Positions 11,286 to 21,700 of a stretch of DNA of 64,000 bases are shown here, in pieces. The position numbers and the translations under genes are program-made. Position 1 is the stretch's first letter; each line of letters begins with the position of its first letter. The notes beneath the pieces are model-generated. The model made no database searches. It had not been told where the DNA came from and worked only from the letters and a program-made list of their open reading frames with translations. Source of the stretch: Naegleria gruberi (taxonomy: Eukaryota); NCBI GenBank assembly GCA_000004985.1, contig GG738848.1; one strand, given 5' to 3'.

Positions 11286-12116
11286 ATGATTTTAGGAAAA
11301 GTATTCGATCCAGACTTTGTTGTACACTCTATTAGTTACGAGAATGGAGGAAATAGTAATACTATGGTAAATAGGAATACAGTATTTTCATCCATTCTTC
11401 AACTTGGTGGGAAAGTAAAACAAGAAATGATGACAAGTATTAATAGTGGTGATTCTAAAGGAACAAACAAGGAACCTGTTCTTCCTTCACTACAATATTT
11501 GCAAACAAACCCTCTAGTGACTGGCAACTATAAGGAGACAATCAATAATAGGGAAGAATCTACAAGAGAAATTGCTTCCTCGGAAAATAGTGATGGCTCA
11601 CTCCTTCCCAAATTTCTAATAATTACCCACAAATTGAATCCTATTTCTATTGAGGATTTTATTGAATCTCTTAGTGGATGTATAAAAAGAATGTATGATA
11701 TTCAAAAGGAACAATTTCAGAATTTGAAGCAAAATATTCCTCATTATCACATTATTGATGGATTCACAATAGAAGGTGTTATTGCTTTACCAGAAGATAG
11801 ACAGAGTTCAGTATTTGTTCCATTTGCTGGAAATCGTGTGCATTTCAATGAAGATATGTTCTTTAGGTTGGTGGATGGATTATCAGAAGGTGTTAGTGAT
11901 GACTTGTTGCCTTCTCAGGTTGTAACTTGGCTCAATAATTCAATGTTGCCTTATTTTACAGATCCACAAAGAAAATTCCATTTTTTTGCTTTTGTACAGA
12001 CGCATGGTCATTCATCTATGCTGAAATCTGACACGTCCAGCGCGTTTGTAAAGAACCAGAGCCCGTTGAACAAGTTATGCACACAATTGGGTTTTCACAG
12101 GACTTCTAAATTGTGA
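11286..12116 (+). CDS. Hypothetical protein, about 276 aa.
   Basis: Track ORF 11259-12116 begins at an alternative start. The first in-frame ATG is at 11286 (MILGKVFDPDFVVHSISYENGG...). No recognisable domain. The last about 40 codons are unusually GC-rich (ACGTCCAGCGCGTTTG...), so the true C-terminus may be spliced. Confidence 0.35.
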   Translation: MILGKVFDPDFVVHSISYENGGNSNTMVNRNTVFSSILQLGGKVKQEMMTSINSGDSKGTNKEPVLPSLQYLQTNPLVTGNYKETINNREESTREIASSENSDGSLLPKFLIITHKLNPISIEDFIESLSGCIKRMYDIQKEQFQNLKQNIPHYHIIDGFTIEGVIALPEDRQSSVFVPFAGNRVHFNEDMFFRLVDGLSEGVSDDLLPSQVVTWLNNSMLPYFTDPQRKFHFFAFVQTHGHSSMLKSDTSSAFVKNQSPLNKLCTQLGFHRTSKL

Positions 12117-12152
12117 TCACGTTTCAAAAAGACACAACAACACAAAAAAACA

Positions 12153-14225
12153 ATGAAACCTATGTTACTGCAAATCTGGTTGGTCGTTTCATATATTATT
12201 CTAATCAACCATGTTCATGTATCAACATGCTCACCTTCATATAGTTTAGATTTTATTTATTCAAAGAACTTTACAATACCGTCATTTGCGAAGGGGAAAG
12301 AGATCGATATAGCTAACATTAAAGAAGGAGATGTACTATCATATGGGTATTCCTTTTCTTTTTTATTGGTTAGAGAGGAAACCTTTCTTCATCTTAAGAT
12401 TACTACATTCAAGGATTTTATCACATACAACTACAACCAAACAATTGGAGTTGCAAGTGAGATGGTCCCATATTGGGAGGAAGTGCTTAAATTTTATTCA
12501 GTAGCTTCGATCAATTGGAAAACTTTTGAATACTATAATTCATTCTGTGCTCCAAATAACCCTTTCAACGAATATGACATTATCTTCACAAATAGGGAAG
12601 TATTCTTTGCAGCACATTTCTATGGCTCTGAACATTTGTTTAAATTTCTACCAATTAGAGCAATCCCTCTCTCCTTAAGATCTCAAGAAGCCTTTCCAGC
12701 ATCGTTTGCATATGCAATATCATTTGACAAACAGACGGATTTTATGAGCACAAATATTTACATGTACTTTAGATATGGAAATTTATCTGCAGATGATATT
12801 TCTTTTATCAAATTTTACTCTGGAGTTGAGAATGTTGTTGTGGACTATAACAGCTTTAAATCAATGATTGATAATGCTAGTAATCTGTACCATATTGATC
12901 TTGAAAACATTAAGCCAACATCAAGTGACTACTTTGATAACCTCAAAACTTACTATTTAAGTCCATATTTTGTAGACATGGATTACTGGCATATTCCCTG
13001 CATAGTATTAATCATATTATACTTTCTATTTCTATTTATTTCAAGACTGTTCTTGAAACCATCGATGAAAATTAGATTAATTATACCATATTTTCCTATT
13101 TTGATATTTATTCAGGAGATAGGAGGCTCTAACTATATATTCTATTATTGTTCAGAGTGGATTGGATATTTGAGAAGTTTTATTTTCTGTTTTGTTTGTT
13201 TTTCATATGGATTTACTGTGGTAAGAATATACTATCTCAGGAACATCTATTCTATTATGTATAACAACGAAAGTATAGACGAAAACAGAATTAAACGAAT
13301 GAAATTGTTAACTACTAAGAAGTTTGCTCTAGTTGCTATCCCTTTAGTTTCATTTATTCTATCATTTTTGCTAACCCTACAATGTGTAGCCTTATTTTTT
13401 GACATTGGATACAAAACAAGATTCTTAATTACAAATATTAGTTTTCCAATTTATCCAATAATTGGTGCTTTGATTGGTTTGTTTGCAATAATTGTAGACA
13501 TTAAAATGAATTGGAAACAAATTAGAGAAAATGGGGTTAAAAAGTTTCTACTTTGGGATGATGTGTATAATATTCGGATAGATTTAATGTTAATGTCAAT
13601 TTTATTGGTTTTGGTGATATCCATTGTGATTCTGTTTGCATTAGATGTTTACAATCATTCCATCAAAGTTTTGCTTTGGTTGTCGTATCTTGTTTTCACA
13701 TTAATTTGTGGTGGTAGTACTTTTATTAAGGAGCTAGTGATAGCCATACGAAAGGATAGAAGTCCAAAATCAGAATTAGAAAAGCTTTTAGAAAATCATT
13801 CATTCAGACAATTATTCAAAGAGTATAGCACAAAGGAATTATCACTTGAAAATTTTATGTTTTATGAAAAGTTGAGAGAATTGGTATCAAAATATGGAAT
13901 GAATGGTTTTATTCCACATGAAACTCTTCAACAAGTTGAAAACCAATTCTTTAAACAAGACTCTCCCTATGAATTGAATATACCATCCAGAACTAGAAAA
14001 CTCTTTTATGCCTTATTTGAAAATTATGAAAAACCAGATTCATCAAGTGCAGAATTAATTGAATATGCTAATACTACAAAAGTATCAGATTTATACACAA
14101 TTATTTACAATGATTTACTTACTAACATGTCTGATACTCAAAGTAGACTTATTGAAACTGATGTTTTTCAAAATTGGTATGCTGTATTTACTATTCAAAG
14201 AAAACAATCAGTGATTATTGTATAA
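12153..14225 (+). CDS. Seven-transmembrane receptor-like protein fused to a C-terminal RGS domain (7TM-RGS, AtRGS1-like architecture).
   Basis: Real ATG with signal peptide (MKPMLLQIWLVVSYIILINHVHVSTCS). Extracellular domain of about 270 aa. Seven hydrophobic helices, for example WHIPCIVLIILYFLFLFISRLFL, IGYLRSFIFCFVCFSYGFTVV, FALVAIPLVSFILSFLLTLQCVALFF, LMLMSILLVLVISIVILFAL, VLLWLSYLVFTLICGGSTFI. C-terminal RGS-box signature FRQLFKEYSTKELSLENFMFYEKLRELV. Confidence 0.6.
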   Translation: MKPMLLQIWLVVSYIILINHVHVSTCSPSYSLDFIYSKNFTIPSFAKGKEIDIANIKEGDVLSYGYSFSFLLVREETFLHLKITTFKDFITYNYNQTIGVASEMVPYWEEVLKFYSVASINWKTFEYYNSFCAPNNPFNEYDIIFTNREVFFAAHFYGSEHLFKFLPIRAIPLSLRSQEAFPASFAYAISFDKQTDFMSTNIYMYFRYGNLSADDISFIKFYSGVENVVVDYNSFKSMIDNASNLYHIDLENIKPTSSDYFDNLKTYYLSPYFVDMDYWHIPCIVLIILYFLFLFISRLFLKPSMKIRLIIPYFPILIFIQEIGGSNYIFYYCSEWIGYLRSFIFCFVCFSYGFTVVRIYYLRNIYSIMYNNESIDENRIKRMKLLTTKKFALVAIPLVSFILSFLLTLQCVALFFDIGYKTRFLITNISFPIYPIIGALIGLFAIIVDIKMNWKQIRENGVKKFLLWDDVYNIRIDLMLMSILLVLVISIVILFALDVYNHSIKVLLWLSYLVFTLICGGSTFIKELVIAIRKDRSPKSELEKLLENHSFRQLFKEYSTKELSLENFMFYEKLRELVSKYGMNGFIPHETLQQVENQFFKQDSPYELNIPSRTRKLFYALFENYEKPDSSSAELIEYANTTKVSDLYTIIYNDLLTNMSDTQSRLIETDVFQNWYAVFTIQRKQSVIIV

Positions 14226-14357
14226 TATATGTATTATTTAAATTTGATTACCAAATATGGACCTCAATTATCTATTAACAATTATTAACAACAATGTAAA
14301 TAAATGTAATAAGAAATTAATAATAGATAATTTTGGATAATTTAATTATTAAAAAAA

Positions 14358-15325
14358 ATGAGTTTATTGGAGGTGATCAATCACCCACTCGTCAAGTCGG
14401 GTCACTCTGTTTTAAAGAACGCTTTTGATACATATCAATCTTTGGATGCTACTCTTGTATTTAACTTATTCTTTTTAAGTCATGCTTTTATTGTTGCCTT
14501 GATGGTCAAGAGATGTTTTGAAGGCTTGATCGCTAAAGGAAAAGTCAAGGAAATTCCTTTTGTTGCCGGAATGTTGTTGTGCTTTGCTGTTGGTACTGGT
14601 GGAGCTATTTTAACTTCTCTCCTCTTAGGAAAAACACAAATCTTCTTTGATAATGATATTATTAATTTATATTTAATTTGGTAGGTTGATGATTGTGATT
14701 ATTTACAAACAAAATAAGTGCTTGGATCATTACAATTTATGCACCATTTAACCTTGTTGATATCCTTTTGGGTAATGCCCTAGTTCAACTTTTTACTTTT
14801 GCTGCTGAAGGATTCTTTGTTGGTGGATTTTGTATTGGTGGAGTTAATAGAGGTGCTGCTGAATATCCACAATCACACTTTGCACCAATTATTCTTGGTT
14901 CTATTGCTTGTGTTGGAGGTGCTATTTTGAGACCATTCTTTGTCAATCTCTATGTTGGTGAAAGTGTTGAAGGAAGTGTTTTGAGCTCACCAAATTTCAC
15001 TCTTAAGGCTCCAATTTTGATAAGTGCTTTCCTCTATGTCACCAAGTTTATTCTCAAATTGGATGTTATTGAAATTCCATTGTCTTCTATTCCAGTTAAG
15101 GAAATTTCTGGACAAGTCATTGCATTCACACCTGAACAACTTGTTAAGGCATACTTTGTTTTGCACTTTATCATTATTTATTATATTTCACATCCATTCT
15201 TCCAAAAGGCTCCAAAGGTTGTAAAGAAGACATCTGTTGCTACTGTTACCACAACAAGTGTTGAACAACCATCATCAGCTGATAAATCTTCCAATAAGAA
15301 AAAGGAAACTAAGAAGAATAAGTAA
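14358..15325 (+). CDS. TRIC-type trimeric intracellular cation channel (TMEM38 family), 2 exons (14358-14680 and 14719-15325).
   Basis: Real ATG at 14358. GTAGGT donor at 14681 (phase 2) and acceptor AATAAG at 14718 (38-nt intron), joining ...NLYLI-C-AWIITIYAPFNLVDILLG. Multi-pass membrane protein with TRIC hallmarks: KEV-like motif KVKEIPFVAGML, glycine motifs AVGTGGAIL and ILGSIACVGGAIL (compare TRIC-A FGSACGG), and a lysine-rich C-terminal tail SSNKKKETKKNK. Confidence 0.5.
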
Positions 15326-15347
15326 ATTCTCTAAACTTTTAAAAAAA

Positions 15348-16400
15348 ATGGAGTTGAATCAATTAACGTATTTTTTAATGATCATTTTCATGGTTGTTTT
15401 TAGTTTTAGTGTTTTTTATCATTCTAAACCAATCGGAACCTCCAATTCAATAACATTTAATGTTACAGATTCTATCGGAAATATTAAACAATTAACCAAG
15501 ACAGTTTGTGATTATGGAAATAGAATACCAAGTGTTTCTACTGGATATTATCAAACACAAGAATATATTAAATCTACAATTGAAAATTATACAAAATATT
15601 ATACGATCAGTTTTGATAATTTTACTGCTACAACACCAATATTTGGAGATTTGAAAATGTCAAATATTATTTTTGATTTTACTCCTTCTTCTGATTTGGA
15701 AAGTGAAAATAGAAAGAGAATTGTTCTTGCTTGTCATTATGAAAGTAAATATTTCAAAGGAAATACTTTTGTTGGAGCAACTGATTCTGTAGTTCCATTG
15801 GCCATGATTTTAAATTTTATGGTTGAATTTGAACATTATTATAATGAAACAATTAATTCAGGAAATAAGTTGAATTATGATTTACAAAGTGAGTAGCAGT
15901 ATTATTTGGAATTTTGGATTTATATTTCAATAGTTGTTTTATTTGATGGAGAGGAAGCTTTTGAAAATTGGAGTAATGATGATTCCTTATATGGAGCTAG
16001 ACATTTGGCTAATTTATGGTCCTCTCAAAACAAATTATCATCCATTAAATATTTAATGCTCTTAGATTTAATTGGAACTGCTGATGTCAAATTTAAGAAT
16101 TTCTATATTCACAAGAGTGGAGGAACAAGTTCTCTATTTTCAAGAATGACCACCATCGAAAAAACTAAATATGGATCTGCAAAGTTTTTCAATGATGGTA
16201 TCTCATATTCTGGAATTGATGATGACCACAGACCATTTATGGAGAAGGGTGTGCCAATTATTCACTTGATTAGTGAACCATTCCCGTCTGTTTGGCACAC
16301 TTTGAGAGATGATTTTGATCATTTGGATTGGAAATCTAATGAAAGAATTTATGATGTAATTGCTTCGTTCTTGAAAGAGCAACTTATTGTGAGAAAGTAG
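15348..16400 (+). CDS. Glutaminyl-peptide cyclotransferase (glutaminyl cyclase, M28-like fold), 2 exons (15348-15888 and 15934-16400).
   Basis: ATG at 15348 (MELNQLTYFLMIIFMVVFSFSVF, an N-terminal membrane anchor or signal). GTGAGT donor at 15889 and CAATAG acceptor ending at 15933 (45-nt intron, phase 1). The join gives ...[31 protein letters not shown], matching the QC core LQLIFFDGEEAF. Downstream: LMLLDLIGTADVKF and FPSVWHTLRDDFDHLDW. Confidence 0.65.
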
Positions 16401-16432
16401 AATGTCATTACTGTAGTGAACTAATAAATTAT

Positions 16433-18514
16433 TTATTTTCTATTTGATAGGATTTTCTTTACAGTTTTGTTATCTGAACTCAAAACGAGATCAGGAGCAA
16501 TGTTCAGAACAATATCACCAGTAATTCCTTGTTTTACAATATAATTCTCTTGCGCTAATTTTTCAGTACTATCTGCAATTTCAGTAAAGTTACTTCTGAA
16601 ATCGTCATCAAGTATCTCTTCATATTTTCTTCTAAATTCCTCAGAGGTTATTTCTCCATTAAACTTTTCCTTCTCAGATGCAACACAGCAAAGTATGACA
16701 AGTACTTCAATTGTTGTCTGACCTAATCCTTTTAGTATATCCAATTTTCTGCTAAATTGTGTATTTACAAGTTTTATCAGCTTACTTGTATCCAAGGTAT
16801 GAGCAATTGGAATCAAGTGAGTTTCCACAAATGATTTAATTTGTCTCATATCATGTTTGTTCTTTAAGAGACCCATCATTTTCTGAATCATATCTGCTGA
16901 AATCTTGTGCTTGTATTCATGAACAAGGATTGAGGTAATATCATCCTGTTCATACTGATTAAATGCCAAAAAGTTAATACCTGGATTCTTTGGTGGATCG
17001 TTGGTGATGGCCAATATTATTACTTTAGCCACTCGAATTTGTTCCAGATATTTGTTATGCTTGCTATATGAAAATTCATCAAGTAAGATGAGTGCTGGTG
17101 TGTGCTTCTTATTGAAATACTCCAATAACTTGGTGATTCTCTCTTGCTTCTTTGTTGAATCTGTTGATCGAGTGTAAACTTTTTCATAGAGCCTATATAT
17201 CAAATCAGATGCTTTTTCTGAACCAGCTAAATTCAATTGATACTTTTCCAAACAAGATGCATCAAATACTGAAGTTGTTACCATTGTTTTTCCTTGACCA
17301 TTAGTTCCGTAAATAAAAAGCACATTCTTTTGGGGATTAAAATCTTCATAACAGTTTTGGATAAAGTTAATTATTGTATCACATTCCTGCTTTCTTGAGA
17401 ATACTTCAACGTTTTGATTAAAGATTTTTGGTGATGATTTTTGTTTCTTTAGAGAAGATTCAAAAGGATGTTTCTCTTGTTCTTCTTCTCTTTCTGTGAC
17501 TGGAAGCTTAGCAATTGTCTTTCTTCTTGCTTGTCTTTGTTTTTTTGGAACTATTTCAATCTCGTCTTCAGATAGTAATGGTTCTTCAGTTTTCACAACC
17601 AAATCTTGTGAATCCTCAACTGGTTCAATTTTGACTTTTTGTCTGCGTCCTTGCCTAGATTTAACAGGAACAGGTTCTAATACTTCTTCTTGTGGTTGTT
17701 GCTGTATCTCATTAACAATAGGCACACTAGTTGAGGGTGAAACAATTTCTTGTGAATCTTCGGCTACTGTTGGAGGTACTGTTTCGTCTTTCGTTTCTGG
17801 AGTGATGCTAATAGTAGGTCGGGCTTGCCTCTTCTTTGTTCTAGTTTTAACAGATGCATGAATTACAGGGGATTGAATGTTGTTGGTAGTAGTATTCGAA
17901 TTGGATTGTTGTGATGAACTAGTTTCTTGAATTGGAGATTGTCTAACTAGATGAGTTTGAGGAGGGGAAAGAGGTGAAATTGATGGAGGCATCATTGGAA
18001 TTGAATGTTGACTATTGCTGTATGGACTTTGTGATAATGAGCTTTCGACTGGCATATTTCTCATTGGTGTTGAAAAGCTTCTAGAGGTTGTTGGACTGAA
18101 AAAGTATTCTCTTGTTTGATTAACAGATGTAATATATTGATCTCGATCCATAAGATCGATTTCTCTTTGTTCTGGTGGTAGTAATAAGAGTTTCTTCCAC
18201 AGCAGTCTATATTGAGTATTAGAGGTAATTTTAATGTCCTTGTTTGTTTTAATATCGTGAAAAACAATCACAAATTTACTCCTATCAACATTAGGATCAT
18301 CTATCACTTCCGACATTAAAAATTGTCTTGTTGATTCAATATCGGAATTTTCTTGTAATAGAGTTGTAGTTACACCATAATTTAAACACGATAGAGTGAC
18401 TTCCATTTCATCGGTAACACTATCATCAATCATGGAATGATCGGACAGAAGTGATGAGGAGAAAGAAGAGGTTTGTCTCCTTGTTGATGTATCTGTGATG
18501 TGTTGTTGACTCAT
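16433..18514 (-). CDS. Cdc6/Cdc18-like AAA+ ATPase (ORC1/Cdc6 family), 693 aa, single exon.
   Basis: Real ATG at 18512-18514 (MSQQHITDTSTRRQ). N-terminal region rich in S/T-P sites (SPYSNSQHSIPMMPPSISPLSPPQTHLVRQSPIQ, TPMR, SPST), like the Cdc6 CDK-phosphorylated N-terminus. Walker A FIYGTNGQGKTMV. Walker B LILLDEFSY. Sensor-1-like VIILAITNDPPKNPG (compare Cdc6/ORC1 LIGIANTMDLPER). The family assignment is inferred from motifs only. Confidence 0.45.
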   Translation of the reverse strand: MSQQHITDTSTRRQTSSFSSSLLSDHSMIDDSVTDEMEVTLSCLNYGVTTTLLQENSDIESTRQFLMSEVIDDPNVDRSKFVIVFHDIKTNKDIKITSNTQYRLLWKKLLLLPPEQREIDLMDRDQYITSVNQTREYFFSPTTSRSFSTPMRNMPVESSLSQSPYSNSQHSIPMMPPSISPLSPPQTHLVRQSPIQETSSSQQSNSNTTTNNIQSPVIHASVKTRTKKRQARPTISITPETKDETVPPTVAEDSQEIVSPSTSVPIVNEIQQQPQEEVLEPVPVKSRQGRRQKVKIEPVEDSQDLVVKTEEPLLSEDEIEIVPKKQRQARRKTIAKLPVTEREEEQEKHPFESSLKKQKSSPKIFNQNVEVFSRKQECDTIINFIQNCYEDFNPQKNVLFIYGTNGQGKTMVTTSVFDASCLEKYQLNLAGSEKASDLIYRLYEKVYTRSTDSTKKQERITKLLEYFNKKHTPALILLDEFSYSKHNKYLEQIRVAKVIILAITNDPPKNPGINFLAFNQYEQDDITSILVHEYKHKISADMIQKMMGLLKNKHDMRQIKSFVETHLIPIAHTLDTSKLIKLVNTQFSRKLDILKGLGQTTIEVLVILCCVASEKEKFNGEITSEEFRRKYEEILDDDFRSNFTEIADSTEKLAQENYIVKQGITGDIVLNIAPDLVLSSDNKTVKKILSNRK

Positions 18515-18553
18515 TTTTTTGATTGTTTAAAAATTTAACGGACTCGAGAAAGA

Positions 18554-18570
18554 AAAAGGCGCCAAAAAAC
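18554..18570. promoter_or_regulatory. E2F-like element AAAAAGGCGCCAAAAAA (TTTTTTGGCGCC on the minus strand) in the divergent promoter between the Cdc6-like gene and the PH gene.
   Basis: GGCGCC core at 18558-18563 flanked by A/T runs, 45 bp upstream of the Cdc6-like ATG. It matches the E2F consensus TTTSSCGC. Confidence 0.35.
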
Positions 18571-18780
18571 AGTTTGATTTTATTGGCAATGATAACAATA
18601 TTAATATTTCAACTAAGAATCAATATTACTATTGAACAACAGTATTGTACTTGCGAGAGTTGATGAAGGTTCCTTACAATTCATTTTTTATTAAAACAAT
18701 ATAAACGGAAAGAAGGCTGTAACAAGGGCGCTAACAAAGGTCGCTTCATCTTAAAAAAACGCACACTTTCATTCACCAAC

Positions 18781-21700
18781 ATGTCTTCTGAGGGATCATC
18801 ACTACTTGAAGGCTATTTCCACAAACAAGGACAAGGTGCTACCGGAGCCTCATATAAAAGAAGATGGTTTAAAGTGTATTCTGATCGGATAGAATACATG
18901 GTTGGTCCTAAAGATAAAAAGATTAAGGGTGATGTAAAAACATTAGATATGATTAGACTTGAAGATGGTTTTCATGGTCCAAATCAATTTAAAAATTATG
19001 GATTATCTCTTGTTACTGAAAGTAGAACATATAAAATTTGTTTTGAGGATGTTGTTACTAGACAAAGGTTTAAGGAAGTTGTTACAAAATTAATTCCTTC
19101 TACCGTCATACATCATGAAGAAAAACAAGATGACGATATTGATGATGATGAAGATATGCCTACTTTTGATGATAGTTCGGAAGAAGGTTTTGATGATTTG
19201 GAAATAGATAATTTTGATAAGGATAATGAAGAACACGAAGGTAAAGAAGATGAAGGATTAATGGACGATGGTGATGAAGAATTGGAAGTTAAATCCCATA
19301 TAGATATAAAAACAGATGATAGCAGGATGATCAAAAACCCTCTAATTCCTGATTACTTGGTAAGAGAAACTCCTTTTGGGTCTGTAAATAGTGATGATAG
19401 CAATAATTTCTCGAGTGGTGATGAAAGTTTTATGCCATCTACAAAAGATGATAAGAAGCATCTCAACCAAACTCCTCCGTCACAAGAATTAAAAATTAAG
19501 GAAGATTGGAGCGATTATAGCGATTATAGTGATGATGAGACTCTTCAAACTTCAAGACAAGAAGAACCAACAAACTCTACTGAGGAGGAAGTAATTATTA
19601 GTTCCCAAATTGAAATCCAATCGAAACTTCTTTTCCCTGAAAAGGATGTTGACGAATTACTGGAAGACGAAGAAAAAACAAGAAGAGAAACAAAAAGTTC
19701 AGATCACAAACAGGTGTCCTTGTTAAGTGAAGATAATCTTAATATAGGATCTTACAAGCATTTCATTGAAAGAATGACAGAACATGGAGAATCTGAAATC
19801 TTATGGAGTGGTTCTGTAAGAAAGGTGGTAAGAGGAAAGGTAAACAAGTTTGACGAAAGAAGTTTGGTTGTCACGAAATCAGCACTTTATCTTTTAACTG
19901 CAAAATCAAAAGGACTTGAATTCAAAGCCCGAGTTACATTCAGGGATATTTCTTCTCTTCTTATTAATGCATACGAAACAGAAGAGAAAGACTTCTTATC
20001 AATTTTGATCACAAACCCTGCAATCAACAATGGACATGATATGTTACTTGCATTCAACGATAATAGAGAAAAGTTTCTTGCTCATATCAAGAATGCGTTT
20101 GAGCAAAAAATGCTTAAGGAATTAATTGTCCATCTTGTTGATGACGTGACATTATATACAAGAACAAATAGAGCTGAGAGAAAGCCAATACCTCAACCTA
20201 TTTCCAAGGAAGATATCGTAACTTCAACAGATCACGATTATGCAAACTTTATTGTATCAGCAGATTGGAGATATCTTCTCAAACAATACGGAGACAGACA
20301 TATCTATTTTAGCGAGGAAATGTTAGTTAATAACACAAAACATGCTATTTTGATAACAAACTTGGCATTAATCAAAACAACAGACGCTAAAGTAAAAAGA
20401 AGAATAGAACTTGTTGATATATCAGAGATTTGGATTGACAATGCTGCCAAAGAAAACCTTCTAATCAAAGTACCTTCGGAGTATGACATATTTATTTCAA
20501 CAGCAAAGAGAAATGAAGCTGTTTCATCTTTACAAGAAGCTTTGGAAAAGTTAAAGGTAGACTTTAAACTTATTCAATCAGTAAACATTAAGGAAAAAGG
20601 TCAATTAAAGAAAACTGGAGATTACAGACAAAAAATGAAAAAGATGAAGGATCCAAAGAGAATTAAAGATCTAATGACACACGCAATTAAATCAAAGGAT
20701 GTTAGTGAGCTTGAAAAAGCAATTTGTAGCGCAAGAATATATGGATTAACAAACGATAAGCTGTATATCTTGTGCCTTCAACAAATACAAAAGATCAAGA
20801 CATCATCGATGGTACAAGAGGAGATGGAAGATGCCTATAAAAATTGTCATCTTAAGAAAATGAGAGAGCTTTTAAAGAAGGCTGAATCATTACGTCCACA
20901 TCTCACCCAATTGATTCATGTGATGACTCCTAAGTATACTGAACTTGTTAACACTAGGTTATTCAAAAAGAAAATGGAAGAAGCTATCAGTAAGAAGGAC
21001 TTTAGAATGATGAAGGATATATTTTCCAAAGCTCTTAGAGCTGGCTTGGCAGGTGATGTTGAAAAATACAAGCGAGATTATGATGCAGATGTACAAAAGG
21101 AATATTTGAGAGATCTGGTTTCTCAACATTTAGCTAATAGGGATGGAGACGCTCTTCGTCTTATTCTTATTGATGCTAAAAGTCTAGGCGTGGAAAATGA
21201 GAAAATTTTCCAAGAAGCTAAAAATTCAGTTTTGTTATTCAAAGAAGAAACTAAAATCAAAAGAAGATTAAATAAGGGTGTTGACGACGCTAACGACATA
21301 GGGAATATTGAAAAGTTGAGGGAATTGATTAAGGATGCAAAGGCCTTTGTTTCTACCAATCCTTCTATTTCACTCTCGAATACTATTGATTTTTGTAATA
21401 AGGAATGTGATAGAATCCAACAACGATTTTCTATTATTGAAAAGATAGATGAAGCCATCATGAAAAGAGACAAATCAGCAATTGATGAAATTATTGAGAG
21501 CAACAAACTTGATGATAGGTTGGATTTAACAAAAGCATATGAATGTCTAGATCACATCAATACTGATAGAGAACAAGAACAATTGGCAGCTATTTACAAG
21601 CTGGAAGAAACTCTTGATTCTCTGATTGTACTATATGACCATGAAACAACACCTGATAATGAAATCAAGTTGATGCAAATTATTGTTGAAGCAGAAATGT

